Shown piece after piece: positions 22,310-39,288 of a stretch of DNA of 64,000 bases. Origin of the DNA: Peribolospora baueri (lineage: Eukaryota); assembly GCA_029717555.1 (NCBI GenBank), contig JAMDHS010000038.1, positions 1 through 64,000 on the forward strand. Reading direction: 5' to 3'. Under the pieces are notes generated by a model. That model was not told the origin of the DNA, did not search any database, and saw only the letters and a list, made by a program, of their open reading frames with translations. Position numbers and translations under genes: made by a program. Position 1 is the stretch's first letter. The number at the start of each line of letters is the position of its first letter.

Positions 22310-25300
22310 AGTATATTTACTCGAGTACAGGCGAGGGTTAGCGAGGTATACAGGCGAGCCGAGTAAGTAAGTAAGTAGTATATACCCGGTGGGAGGGGAG
22401 GACGGCCGTCGACGACGACGCTTCCATCCATCTCTCCGCCCCCTCCTATCTCCTCTCGGCCCATCTCCTCCCGGCCCATGGCGGGCCGGCGAGGGGGAGG
22501 AAAGAATAGAAGAAAGAAGGAACGAAGCCCGATCGATGTCATCGTCGCCTCGTCGGGGCCGTCGCAGCAGACAGACGCAAGCCAGCCACGTCTGCCCGCC
22601 GTTGTCTCTCTTGTCTTCCTTCGCCGCCCGTTCCTCTCCTCGGCGACCCAGGGCCAGGCTCGACGACGAGGACGAGGAGGACGACGAAGGGCAAGGGCAA
22701 GAACGACGGAGCAAGTGCTCCCGCCGGGGCGGCCGTCCCGCGTGTCTCACCTCGGCGACCCGAGTGCGTCCTCCACAGGCACACACACCACCCGCACCCG
22801 CACTCGCACGCCCTTTATTATTATGTGCGCGCTCGACCGTGTGACCTACCTCGCTCGCTCGCTCCATCGACCAGCATAGCGTGCACTTCGCCTCGCGCTT
22901 GCGCTCCCTCGGCTTGCACTGCACGTGCGACTGCGTAACTGTGCTGCGCCTGCACATGCACATGCCCTTGGCACGTACACACACACACAGAGGCGTTATC
23001 CGTCCGTCTCTCCCTCCGCGTGGACTGGGACCGACGCGGACGGGGGACGGCGGGCGGGTGTAGCTGGGCGCGGGCGCGTGTTCGTCGTCGCCGCTACGAC
23101 CGACTTGGCTTGGGCTTGACTCGACTCGACTCGACTCGACGTAGCCGGGACATGCCGGAAGGTAGACTGTGATTTCGCCCCGGGCTCCGGCTCGGGGGAG
23201 GAGGGGCGAGAAGGAACGAAGGGAAGGGGGAAGACGAATACGAATACGAACACGAAGACTAAAGAAAATAAACTAAAAAAGGAAGAAAGGAAACCCACAT
23301 CGCATTGTCTCCGCGAGCCTAGCGAGCCTGACACCGGTCGGACCCCGCCGGCGACGTCCGAGGACGACGGCTGGCTTGCTAAGCTTTCCTGCTTCAAGTC
23401 GTTCTAGTTCGTCGGTCGAAGCCGGCGCGGCGCTCTTGCTTCTCCTCGGCTCGGCTCGGCTCGGCTTGGCATCCCCGCCCGCCGTCGACGCGATGTGAGT
23501 GGGTCCACTCCGTCGTCATCTATCTCATCGCCCGCCGTCCGTCGCAGTCGCTTCGCCCGCTCCTTCTGTCCGTCGTCTGCAGACACACACGACACTCCTT
23601 GTGGCCCAGCGACGCCACGGACGGCGGTCGCCCGTGCCTGTGCCTGTGCCTGTGCCGGTGCGGTGTGCGTCGCACCACTGCACATACAGCGGTTATCTCA
23701 TGAGATCAGCCACGACAATCCCGATCCGAGGACGAGGACGAAGCTGAACCGGACGGGCCGACGGCACACACACGTGCGCACCCAAACACACACGCCGACG
23801 CACCGCCATCACCGCCTCGGACGCCACACACACCGAACTAGCCGAGCCACTCGCTCGCTCCACCCCGCCCGACGGATGCGCGGCCGGCGTCGCATCCGTC
23901 GGGCGTATGCGTGGTCGGGGGCGAGCGACGGACGAGCGAGCGAAGGAGCGAGGAAATGAAAGAATGAGCGGGAAATGAAGGCATGGACGAACGACGAACC
24001 GACGTCGCTTCGTCGGAAAAATCGCCATCACACCGCTCGTCCCTTCCACGTACTCTCGTCGTCGGCGCGGACGAATGGACGGACGGACGACGCTCTGATC
24101 CATCCTCCCGGCGTCACAACCTCGGCCCGCCTTAGCGTCGACGACGCGGGTGTCACAGCAGACCGCCGGCCGGCGTCACCGTACCGTCCGCCGGGGTACG
24201 CTATGGGAAATAAGAATAATGATAATAATGATAATAATAACGACGAGGACGAGGGGACGCTGGCCACAACATCGCCCGCCTCATCGAATCCCGCCCCTTC
24301 CCGCTCGCCTAGCCGCCCCGACGTCCCTCATCATCCACCCTCCTGCGCTCGCCAGACCGACCGCCCGATCACTCGGACTCCGGACTCGGGACCGTCCAGC
24401 CGGCTCGCTCCGCGCTCACTCCACCGCAGCCGTGTACGAGGGGACAACGATAGAAGGAAGGAGGGATCGCGCGCTTCCATGCGTTCTTTCCCCCGCGCCC
24501 TTGCTTTCCTCCGCACTTCGGCCCGCATCGCATCGCATGTGCGAGATAGCGGCGAGCAGGAGGGTCGATACCTTGCCGTCGTCGCGTCGCGGCAAGACAT
24601 GCGTGATGGAAGTTGATCGACCGCCGACGTCGACATTTGTCGCTGCGGCACGAACGGGACCAGACGCTGCCGCAGCACGACCCTTCCTTCCCTCACATCT
24701 GACGGGGTCGCCAGACCAGACCTCGCCAAGGTCAAGCAAGATGAACGGATGGACGGACAGACGAGACGGCTGGTCCGTCGTCCAGTATGACCCACAATCG
24801 GTCGCCGTTCTCATCTACCTGCACACCCGCTTGGTACCGTCAGCAGTCGCGCGCACGCGCCCGTCGCACCGTGCAAGCCAGCACGAACGCTCGACTCCGT
24901 GCAGCGATAGAAGATGGTTGGGTCTGCGACGCGCAGAGGGGGCGCTTCCTCCCTCTCACCTCGTCTTTGCCTTCCCAGTCTCCCTCACCGCCTCCTCTTG
25001 GCTGCGCACACGATGGACGAGACGTGTGGCCCTCGCGCACTCATCCCTCTTAATTACTCGCTTCCAACAGCACGCCTTCCGTCCATCGCTCCGGCGCGCC
25101 CTCCTCTCGGGCCCGCCCTGGCCACCCAATGTCTGACCGACGAAACTCGTTCAACCTCCTTGTCTTCTCCCCCCACAGCTCCCTATTCCAGGCTCAACGG
25201 CAGGGCGAGCCGTGGCCGTGGCCTCCATGTCCGGCTTTCTTTTATTTACGCCTCCTGCTCCCCTTCCTTCCCTCGCGGGTCCTCTTCTTCGACGACCACA

Positions 25301-25669
25301 ACGCTCGGTTCACCCCCTTCCGCCCGTCATCTCCTTCTCCTTTCTTCTCATCGGTCTGCGACCTCGCCTTTTTGCTTCTTCTATCTTTGCTCTCTTTCTC
25401 GCCAGTCGAGACAGCCGGCAGAGCCGACGACACGTCGAGCGCAGCGCGCTCCATCCGTTCCAGCTCAACAAATTCAATCTTGTCGGGCCTTTTTTTTTTC
25501 TTTTTTTTTTGCTGCTACCCGCACCGCGAGACTTCTCGACTCGGCAGCTTGGTTGGACGGCTGTCGTCTTTTGGTGCTTCGGTACACCACATCCTTTCTA
25601 TCACCTTCCTTTCCTTCCCCTCCTTTGCGTTGACCTCAGTTTCCGAATCTCGCTCAAATCCGGTTAGAG

Positions 25670-27106
25670 ATGCCCCCGGGCCAAGCAAACCCCTCATCTC
25701 TGCCTTCCACCTTACCCTCCCCCGTGGCCATCGCCTGGTCCGACTTTCCTGACCGACGTGTCCCGCAGATCCCGACCGACTCGGCGGCGCCCTCAACGTC
25801 GCTTAACGTTATGCACACCGCCCCGTCCATCTCTGCCACTGCCACCCGGGTTCGAGCACATCCCTCCTCGGCATCATCGCCCATGTCTCCCGTCGCCACT
25901 CGCGTCCTCCAAGCCGACGACGGCTCCACGTCCGCCGCCCCGACACCGTCCGGCGCCCTCGCCATCATGCACAGCCCTCTCGTAACGGCCGTGCTCGCCG
26001 TGGCCTTGGTCGCAGCGTGCGCCGCCGTGGCCGTCGGAGTGTACAGCGTCGTGCGGCGCTGCCGCCGTCGTCGCCGACGACGACGACGGGAGGCGCGTGC
26101 GCGGGAACCGGCGACGCCCGCCCTCGAGGACGGCAGCGCGTGGGGCGAGAAAGAAAAAGCGGCGTACGCCTCTTCTCTCGTCGGCGATGACGACAGTGTC
26201 TTTGCTCGTGCCAAGGCCGCCAAAGATCTCGAGTATGCCGCCTCCTTCTCCGCTTCCCCGCCACCTCCGCCCTACCATCACAACCACGACGACGACGACG
26301 AGTGGCGCGTGGATGTGACCGCACACGAAGGAAACGTGTCCAGATGGAGAAGGTTCCTCGGCCGCGCTCCTCGCGCCGCGAGGAAGCAACAGTTCCAGGC
26401 GCCCCGTTACGAGCACGACGGTTACTCCTCCATCGGAGCCAGCACCGCTGACCTACCCCGCGCACGACGGTTGCCGAAGGGAAGCGGCCGATTCCTCTGC
26501 GACGTCAGCTCGAGCAGCGAGGACGGCAACTCGATCCGGCACGGACACGGACACGGACACGGACACGGTCGTCCCCGTCTTGGCGACTACCAGACGCCGG
26601 CCTTCTTCTTCCAACACGACCTCGCCGTTTTCTCGTCTATACTCTCGCCCTCGTCCTCCCCCTTCGCCCCCGCACCGCTCATCCGGCCCTCCGACTTGCC
26701 CCCCGAAGCGCCCGCGCTGGCGCCCTTGCCGAGCGCGTGGATGAGAGCGAGGGCCGATGGCGCTCAGCGTGCGAAGCAGGCGGTGACCGGCACGCCGGCC
26801 TACGTGTCACCCCTCCCCTCCCTCCTTCCGCCTACACCCGCCCTCGGCCCTCTCGGCAAGCGGCCTCGCCATCTCTCCTTGCTCACCGACCGGTCCGAGA
26901 GCGAAGGCGGCCCGCTCGCTGTGCCCCCGTCTCTCCTCTCCCGAGGATCGTCGGCCGCCGCCTCCTCGTCCCACCACCCCGTTCCCGCCGTCGTCGACAG
27001 CGCGCAAGAAGCGCAAGATGGACACAAGCGCGACGCCCTCGTCCGCTCCGTCGAGTCCTGGAGGCGCAATCAGTCCGCCTGCACGGACGGGCCGACGCGG
27101 CCACAA

Positions 27107-27138
<32 letters not shown>

Positions 27139-28210
27139 ACGCATGCTCACATCGAGTCGTGCGTCCTCGTCCGGCGCTCAAGGCGGCCAAGGTGGGGCAG
27201 ACTCGCGGTCGCGAGAGAGGAAGGCGTCGTTGAAGAACCCTTACTTTGACCCACGCGACCCGCTGAGCGACGTGGTGGAAAAGCGCGGTGCCGGCGGCGG
27301 CGGCGGCGGCGGTATGGCCCCCTTGCACAGGGGTCATAGCATCCGGCCTCAGTTTGCGACCGCCCTAGACGTCCTCGCCCCCATCGCTCAAACTCCGGAT
27401 CCTTCCACCGCCTCTGATGCCTCGACCGCCTCCTCCTCCTCCTCGTCCTCTTTGAATCGCCTGGTGGCCGAAGACGGCAGCTGCGTGACCTTTACCGCCG
27501 GCGGTACTTTTGGCGCCCCCTCTCGGTCCTCGTCCGTCCTGACCGGACCTCGCGCACCGCCGTCCTCCTCCTCCCACCTCGCCGTGCTGCCCCCCGCGGC
27601 TCTCGGAGTACGATCCCGCGCCTCGACGTCCACGACACGCTCGAGATCGAGCGCTCTGACGAACCCACATCAGGACAAGTACGACTCGGACGACCTATTG
27701 ACGCACGCCCTGTACCAGCGTCAGCGCCAGCGCCTCCGTCGAAACGGCACCTTTTCCTCCTCCTCCTCCTCCGCCTCGACCTACTCCTTGCCCTCCATCT
27801 CTCCGTCCCAGAACGCCCTTTACCTGGCCCGACGCCAGTCGCCCGCTCTTCTTTCGGATCCGTTCGACGTTGACGCCGTGCGGGCGGCGATGCAGAAGAC
27901 GCGGCGCTTTTGGGACGATGCGAGCCGCGGCAATGGCGATAAGAGCACGGACGTGCGAGCTGGCAGTACCGACAGCGACAGCGACGATGGCAGCGACGAC
28001 GACGACGACGACGACGACCCACCTTCCCTTTCGTCCAGACGCACCAGGCTTCCGGGACGCTACCGGGGCAGGGAGCAGAGCCAAGCCCGAGCGGGATGCA
28101 GAGTCGGCGAAGCCAGAGCCAAAGTCGAAGGAGCAGTCACAGTCGGAGGAGCAGGACTCGGTCCACCACCACCAACACCAAGGGTCACAGACGGTCGGCG
28201 ACGGCGGTGA
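25670..28210 (+). CDS. Hypothetical single-pass membrane protein with disordered tail; true end may be 28394 via a +1 frame change
   Basis: 846-aa ORF; TM LVTAVLAVALVAACAAVAVGVYSVV followed by RRCRRRRRRRRR; HG, QT and D repeats. Confidence 0.72.
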
Positions 28211-28873
28211 CGGGCCCGAGGCGCCATGGCTGAGAAGGAAGGGGCTTCGTCGGAAGGAAGGAAGGACGGGCGTAGCTAGTCAGCTGGCTTCACCCGGGGT
28301 CGCCGCACCGGCACCGGCGAGGCATGACAGGGCAGCCCGAACCCCCGTCGTCGCAGGGTTACAAAAAAGCGCCTCAATCGTCACCTGTACCTAGTTCCCT
28401 CCACGCGGGCCTTCTTCTATCTTTCCCCTTTCTCTTCGCTGCGTGGGCGCACGCATACGTCAGAAACACATTCGGCGTCCGCACGCGGTCCCAACGACTT
28501 TTCACCCGGAATTCGCTTGTCGGGCGAAAGAAATGCCCAAAAATGGTTCGGCTGGGCACCTATCGAGGACTCGTGCTGCGACTGGGATTGGTTGGGACGA
28601 GTTCCCATCCTTCTGAGCGGCCAAAGGAGGAACGAGGTCAGACGGTATTTTACACGAGAACGCGAATGTGCAAAAGATATGATTCTACCAACTAGAACAA
28701 AACGACACAGAGAGAGAGAGAGAGAGAGAGAAAACCGAAATGGACAGAGAGAAAGGTGACAGGTACGCTGAAAGGTTATCTCGACCTTGAGGAAATCCCG
28801 TCGAACTGCGAAAAGAAAAAAAGGAGAAAGGGCGGGAGCCGGCCCAAGGAGGCGAGGAACATTGGCGTTTGTT

Positions 28874-31800
28874 TCAATCGAGGATGGGCCGAGAGCCGCC
28901 GACACATCGACCGTTGACGTAAACTGGAAGAGGAAAACCAGGGGCGAGCGCGAAGAGAGAGGGCGGAACGAGTCAGTTGGCTCTCTGAACCCGATCTCGA
29001 CTTGGGCGGACAAGGAAAGAACAGGCGGTCAGCTCCGCTCGGCGCCCAAGCCCCACTCACCAGACGCCATATTCCGATCGTCTCCGCAGAAGAGCCATTT
29101 CTCAAAGATGGTCTCGATCGAGTCGTCCTCTTCGATGTAGAGGTTCGGGTTGGTCGAGTCGTACGTGGTGGCGAGGATGGCATCGAAATCCTTTCCGGGC
29201 GTCAGCGTGCCGATCCGGTGAGGCAAGCTCGCCACCTCTGCACCGCCAAGGGTGGCCATATAAAACAAGGTGGCCACCGGAAGCGGTCTGCCTGCAAACG
29301 GTTGAACATCGTCCGCCGGTGTGCGCGCCACGCTGCTGTCCCGACTTCGGACGGCGGTAGGCGTGATGCCGCCGCTTTCGCTGGCGGAGAAGGGGGCGCT
29401 CCTGTGGCCATTGTTTTCCTCGGCGCTGATGGCGCTCGAGAGCGGCGAGGGACCAGGCAGAAGTCGATTGCCAACGTCACCACCGCCGTCCGATTCGCCA
29501 GGAGGGGAGTCGCAAACCGTCGGCGTTTTGGCCAGCAGGCCATTGGCATCGCGCGTTTCGAAATCGAGCACCTTGGCGACCACGGAAGCCTCTCGGATGG
29601 CCGAGAGCATCGACATGCCGAAGCCGCCCGAGATGCTGTGAATCGACGGGCGGGGTATGAGTTCGCCCGGTCAACGCCAGAGCGATCGGCGAAAAGGGGC
29701 CTAACACTGCACTGAGATTGGACTCACTCCGTGCCAAGGCCGACCTTGATGCCGCGGTCGAGCATCTCTCCGACCCTCGATACGCCGCTTCGCAAGTTGC
29801 TAGGGGGTCCACACGGATGGACTGAATCAGCGACCGTGCGAGGAGGAAAGCAAGCGAAGGGAAGTAAGGGGCCTCTCGCACAGGCGCCGGGCATACTCAC
29901 AAGTTGCTCGAGGGGCAGTGGGAAACACCGCATTTCCTCGCCTTGATGAGCTCCATCTCGCTCTCGTCCTAAGATCATATGAGAAGAGCGAGAGACGGGA
30001 AGGAGAAGACAGAACGAGGGACGGTGAGTGGAAGTGGCAGCCGGCGCCATGGCCCGCGAGTAGCGAGGATAGGAAAGTGTCTCCGCGCTCACCAAATGAA
30101 TCGCATGCGCCAAGATAGTCCTCGAGTTCATGAGGCCGTAATAGTCGTATACGCTGGTATAGTTGTTCGCGAATGGGAACAGGCTCTTCGTGAAGTCGAC
30201 CTCCGCGGGACTCTCGCTGAGGTGCGTCTGGATCATCAGCGTCGGGTCTCGGTTCGTGAGAGCGCTGATGCTGGCGAGGAGGGCGTCGGAGCAGCTGATG
30301 GCGAACCGGGGCGTGAGGATGGGCTGGACGAGCGCGTCGGGATTGTGGGCGCGCCACCGGGGAGAAGTTGTCGCGCCATCGAGAGCGGCGACGCGGGAGA
30401 GGGAGGAGGAGGACGGTGCGCGGTGGTGAGCCACCGAATTGGTGGGGCTGTGGCTGCCCGTGCTCGTGCCACGGCATTTTTCTTGGGCGCTGGACATGAT
30501 CACGGCGCTGCCGTCGCCGCCGACGGCAGACGAAGAAGGACCAACGGCGTTCGCCTCCTTGTTCATGCCGTGCACATGCATGGTCTTTTGCATCGACGCC
30601 GCCAAGCGGTCCAGAGCTTCGAGAGTAGGCGAAGACTGGTCCATAGGCGACGTGTCTCCGGGTGTGGAGCCCTCGTGGCCGAGGCCGCGAATGAATTGGA
30701 TGAGCTCCTTGGTGTCTTCGATGGACTGGGACGCGTTTTTCTCGACCTGCCGATTCGGAACAGTGGAGGTCAGCCAAGAAGAAGACTGCGCCGCGACGAG
30801 GCTGCCATTGGGCTAGATTCTACTCACGTAGTCCAGCGGCGAATTTCGATCCATTTGACATTTGCCGATGAAAGCCCTTTGGCCTGTGCGACCGTGTTGG
30901 GGTACCGGGGGGACGACGGTCCATTTGAGCACGAGCGCCGTTTCGACTTTCTAGAGAGAGCTCCCAATCGAACGCCGACCGCGCTCACCTTTTTCATAGC
31001 ACACCTCAGCGAGGATCTTGGTTGCCTCGAGGTGCAGCGTCGCGAAATAGCAAGCCGTCGTCGTCTGTTCCGTCTCGCACGCACACGCGAGATGAGCACA
31101 GCCGTCGGAGCGAGGGAGAGAACGAAGAGCAAGTGCTAGCTCACCCCCGAATCGAGCAGCCTTTGGACGACGCTCGAGTACGTTCTTCGCGCATACATCG
31201 GATCCTCGAACCGTTTCTCGGTGGGGAAGGTGATCTGCGCGGTACAGCGGGCCGTCCAAAGCGGAACAGAGATACGGCGCAAACAGTCGGTGAATGCGCT
31301 CCGACGGAGAGCAAGTCGGCAAAGAACCAAGTCCAGGCGGCAATTATAGCCACAACTTACGTTCTCAAGCCAGTCCATAAGTTCGTACTGCTGTCCAACG
31401 CCGATGTTCGGCACTTGACAAGCGTGCTGTGATGGAGTGGGGGGGAAGCGGGAGAAGATGCGAACGTCTTCGGTCAGACAACGCAACCCGGCCAACGCTT
31501 GCGCTGTCACCGGATCACCGGCCATTCGGACGGAAAAAACGCAAAAACCTCACCGTATGTGTATCGACGAAGCCTGGGCACAAAAATTGTCCGCTGTCCA
31601 ACCTGATCACGCGACATTCTTCCAGTTTCCACCCGTGCCTCTCCACTCGTTTCCGGATCCATCGTTCCTGCTGCGCGTCGAACGGGCCGGCGCCAGTCCA
31701 GAAGCGGCGAGACGGGGCTTCAATAGAGGAGCGGGAAGAGGAGGCGCCAGGCGAGGAGAGGGGTGGGGAGGAGGTACCTGCTCCTACGCCGGAAGCGGAG

Positions 31801-32399
31801 GAAGCGCCTCGAACGCTGCTGGCCGTCGCGGGGCGAGAGGGCGGAGCGGACACCGTCTCGGTAGGGTGGCCGGGATTTACGCTGGAGGAGAGGGCAGAAA
31901 CGGCGGTAGGGAAGGGCGGAGACCGAGACTCGGACTTATCCCTCGGTCGACCGGCCCTGACCGCCTCTTCGTGCCGCATCAGGCCTTCGGACGCCGCCTG
32001 TCTGACCCTCTCCGTCGCCCCTCCCGCCGCGCGGTCCTCTCCGTTTGTCGGCCTCGATGCTCCGTGGAGGAACGAGTCGGGCACGTCGTCGTCGCCGGAG
32101 ACGGGCCTGTCGAGGTCCTCGAGGAACCGAATGACTCCTCCGCTCCCGACGCCCAAGAGGGCGTTCTGGATGACGTCCATTCCCCTGGGACCTGTGCTGT
32201 TCAAAACCGGGCCGACGAAGATACGTCGAGGGAGACGGGAAGGAGGGAGGCGGAAGGGACGAGGGAGACCGCTGCCAGGGCGGCCGTACTGATGAGTGTG
32301 GGTGCGGCCCGAGGAGGCGACAGAGGGGGAGACGGAGGCGTCGGACGCGGCTGAGGAAGGCGGACCGCCGCCGCGGTCGGCGCTCGAGGAGATGGACAT
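28874..32399 (-). CDS. GUD1: Guanine deaminase (amidohydrolase superfamily), multi-exon, with low-complexity insertions
   Basis: GQFLCPGFVDTHT|HACQVPNIG, LMDWLEN|ITFPTE, G|TTTACYFATLH, PILTPRFAISCS, IQTHLSES, TILAHAIHL, IKVGLGT, YMATLGGA, GKDFDA, FCGDDRN; last exon VYVNGRCVGGSRPILD*. Confidence 0.94.
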
Positions 32400-32959
32400 G
32401 GCTTGAGCGTCCAATCGAGGTGGTAGGACTGATGGCCGTCCTGAAATGGGCGAGGCAGGACGAAGAAGAGAAGGAGGAAACGAGAGTGTGAGCTATGGGG
32501 GACGACGACAAGGGACAGGGCGACATGGAGACGATGTCTGTTGGCCGGCTCGACACGCGCCACGAGGGCGAGCGAGAAGAGAGCACGTTCCTCCACCCGA
32601 TGTGAAACCGGGCGTGCAGGTCGTCGGTCTTCTTGGGCCCTGGGTACGAGTGAACAATCGTTCCTCCTGCGACGACGACCAGGGCATCCGACCGACGACA
32701 GGGTGCTCACCGGCGCTTTCAGATGGACGTCCGACGGAGAGGTCGCGGTGGTGCGGGCGAGAGAAGTGGGAAGGGATAAGAATGCGGAGCGGTGGACGCT
32801 CGGGAGGCTGGTAAGACTCGGCGGCGAGAGAGGAAGCGAGGAGGGATGGGCGAAACGTGGGCTACGGTTGGTGTTGTGGTCGTCGCCGTCGTTCGTCGCC
32901 GTCGTCGGCGGTGGGAGAGGAGGACGTCCTGCGCGGCGGAGGGGACGATGGATGAAGAC

Positions 32960-32960
<1 letters not shown>

Positions 32961-33008
<48 letters not shown>
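32961..33008. repeat. (CGT)16 microsatellite
   Basis: Perfect trinucleotide run. Confidence 0.9.
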
Positions 33009-33015
<7 letters not shown>

Positions 33016-34346
33016 TTCTTGTCTTCTCTTCTCCCCTCTCTCTCCTTATCGCGTCGTGATCTCGCCTCTGACTCTCCGGTCGACTGCGGCACGTCCCATT
33101 TCACTCGGCGTCCCGCCTCGGCAGGTCCGACGGCCGACGACGACGACATAAACATACACGGAGACGGACGATGAACGACGGACGACATACAACAACGACG
33201 CCGACGCCGACGCAAGGACGGGCCCGACTCCCATCGGCCTCTCCTCCTTCTCGCTCCCTCCATCGCTCCCCACCGCCCAGCGATCGTCCCTCGCCCCTCC
33301 GTCCCGCACGTTCCTTTTGTCCGGCCGGTCGCCATCTTGCGCCGCAGCACCTTGGCATCACGTGACAACCGCGCACGAGCCATCCCCTCCTTCCGTCCGC
33401 GACGTGGGACGGTGGCGGCTGTGCGTGCGTGCGATTTGCAACACAAAGTTTGTCGCTAGCCGGCAGCGCCAACTCCCATCCCGGAGACAGACCGTGATGC
33501 AGACAGAGTACGCACGTCCGTTTGGCTACCCGTTGTACAAAAGCCACCTAGGCACGCCGGTGGCCCCGGTTTGGGCGAGTCGAGTCGAGCAGCAAGCTGC
33601 TCGGCGATAGCATGGCAGCGGGCAAGTGTAGGGCGATCCGGCATCGTCCCCCTCGGGCCACTCGACTCGACTTGACTCGACTCATCTCAACTATATCCCA
33701 CCTACGCCGCACCGCAGAGGAAGAAAGGGTGGGTGGGGGTGAACGCGAGCGAGCGGGCCGAGCCCGGCAGGGTCCATCCGAAGCCGAAGCCGAATACGGA
33801 GGACTGCATTTGATTTGAGACGAGACGAGACGAGACGGGACGGGACAGGATAGGAAGGGACGGAGGACGGCGACGGCGGGCCGAAACGGCACTATATATT
33901 GTACAAGAAAGTGTCGTGACATGGACCGCTGGTGGCTGGCAGGGTGGATGGGTGGATGGATGGACGGGTGGATGGCGTCGTGTCCGCACCGGACAAGACC
34001 AGACGGCGCGGCGCGTGAGAGCGTGTGTGTATCGTCAGAGCGAGCCAAGCCGAGGGGAAAGGAGGACGACAGATGGACGGACGAGGGTGCAAACGAGATG
34101 GACGAAAGCACGGACGGGCGGACGAGATGAAGACCGTAGAATTTCCAGAGCGATAGGAAAAATGTCGAACAGAAAAGCAAACTAAAAGGGGAAGAGGGAT
34201 ATCGACGGAGGGCGGTAAATGGAAAACTATCCCGGGCTGGGTCCGCCGGAATGGGGGATCGAAAGAAGACGCAAGCTGGCGTCGCACTGGGGTGGGGGAT
34301 TGAGTAAAGGAGAAGACGCGGAGAGGAGCAAAGAGATGAATGAATT

Positions 34347-34406
34347 GGATGGATGGATGGATGGATGGATGGATGGATGGATGGATGGATGGATGGATGG
34401 ATGGAT
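34347..34406. repeat. (GGAT)15 microsatellite 3' of the kinase gene
   Basis: Perfect tetranucleotide run. Confidence 0.9.
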
Positions 34407-34569
34407 GGACGTAGAGACGGATGAATGGTCGGTACCGATGAATGGGCGGACGGATGGATGGCGAATGACGGAGGACAGAGGACGGACGGACAACCAAGCG
34501 GACTGGACGAAGCCGAAGCAGGAACGAACGAACAGGAAGCAATCGGCAGGCGAGCGCTAGGGCAGGACT

Positions 34570-37354
<2,785 letters not shown>

Positions 37355-38207
37355 GTTGGCTCGCCTGGACGGTGGCGAGGGACGAGGGAAGAGACGAAGG
37401 CGCGAGAGAAGTAAAGACTGAAAGGGACGGGGAAAGAGTGGCGAATACCGAAAGGTACGGGGAAAGAGTGGTAAGGGTAGGCGGGGAGTGGGAGAGACGA
37501 AGACGAAGACGGAAGGGGCAGCCGGCGAGGGCAGAGGTGACGACAGCGGGCAGGAGGTAGGCGTGTACGTAAGACTAGGTGAGTGTGTGGGTAGTGGGGA
37601 CGTGTGGGACGAGAACGGGGACGGGGACGGGCGCTGATGGTGACGACGACCCCACCCACTCCCTCACTCACTCACCTTGACGTAAGGTCTGTCCCTGATG
37701 GCGGACGTGGATTGTCCCGGCGTCGTGCGAGTGCGAGGTGACGGTAGACGATGGGTGGGCGCTAGTCCTAGGCTGGCGGTGAGGGCGATCGGCGGTCGTT
37801 GGCGTCGTCGGTGGAGGGGAATAGGGGAGGATAGGGTGTGGGAAGAGGGGCAAGAGGGGAGTTGAGGGGGCGAGGGTAGGGCAGCGAGATGGGAGATGGG
37901 GAGGAGAAGGAGAAGGGGAGGAGGATGGCGATGGCGATGGGGACGGGGATGATGATGATGAGGATGTTATGGGAGGTCGAGGCGACACGCACAAGCAGCA
38001 GCAGCAGCAGGTACGACAAGGATATCGTCCGTCGTCCAAGTCCAGCCAAGCCAAGCCACGAGGCCGAGGCAGGCCCTGCGGCTGCTTACGGTAGACGTTG
38101 AACTGGGTGGGCGCAGGGCAGGGCGGGTGCGCGTCGAGCGGCGCGTCGAGGCGGTGGCCGGATGGTGGTGGTGGTGGTGGTGGTGGAGTTGGTATTGGTA
38201 TTGGTCT

Positions 38208-38242
<35 letters not shown>

Positions 38243-39288
38243 TTAGTCGTCGTCGTCGTCGTCGTGTGCGGGCGGCGGCAAGGACGGGTGGAGGCGGGAG
38301 AAGGTTAGGCGGGTCCGTTGGTGGCTAGCTAGCTAGGTCGACGGCGCGGCCAGGGCTAGGCTGGGCTGGACGAAGATGGCGATGGCGATGGCGACGGCGA
38401 CGGCGACGGCGAGCGGGGCCACGCAGGCAGGTCAGGGCAGGCCAGGCCAGGCCAGGCCAGATGAGGCAGGTCAGAGTCAGCCAATCCCGTCCATCCACTC
38501 CAAGTCCACTCCGTCGATCGTCAGCCTGGACGTTCATTAGGGGCGCGGCAGCCTGCACGACAGTTACGGCGGTCGATGGTCCGTGCAAGACGGGTGCTTG
38601 CCAGGCGACATGAGAGACATCATCGTATATCGTATGTACAAGCCACACCACATCGGCGTTCAGCGCTGCGCAGGAGAGAGAGAGCGCCAGACAAAGACGG
38701 GCGAGGACTGGCAGGACAAGACGCCGTGGCCTTCCTTCGATGATGGACGACGGTTGATGGTCGATCGTTGATGCTGGCCAAGACGTCGACCGACCGACCG
38801 AACTACCGAACTACCGAACTACCGAACCACCGACCCCCTCCACCGCTCCTGCCGCAGTCCCCCGGCTCATCCTGGACGCCGACGCCGACCATCGCCTGGC
38901 TGCGGTGCGCGGCGACACGCGGGAATAGGCGGCGTTATCACAAAGGCCCATGCCCATCGAGCCGAGGGCCGAGGCGAGGTGCGAGCCACTGATCCGCACC
39001 GAGGTGGACATCGTTCGTTTGCTCATCCCCTTTTGCCTCCTCTTTTTTTATTTTATTCGCATCCCTTCTTCTTCGCTCGGCCTCATCTCCGGTCAGGCGA
39101 GCCTCCGCAAACCCCTCCTCCACCTCCGCTCGGCACGCCCCACCACCGACCGACCAGACCAGACCAGCCGGACACGCACGCGGCCGACGGCGTACCACCT
39201 GGCCGACCGACGAGATCACCGCTACCTCGCCGTCGCTCCGGCTCTTGACCAGACCACTCCGTCCACCCTCGTACCCCGCCCGCTTATC

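Noticed and set aside
21579..25660. Many 100-330-aa ORFs in this spacer (similarly 37.7-39.2 kb and 47.8-51.9 kb)
   Set aside because: They are Arg/Pro/Ser-biased translations of GC-rich microsatellite DNA in all frames, with no motifs or consistent splice structure.
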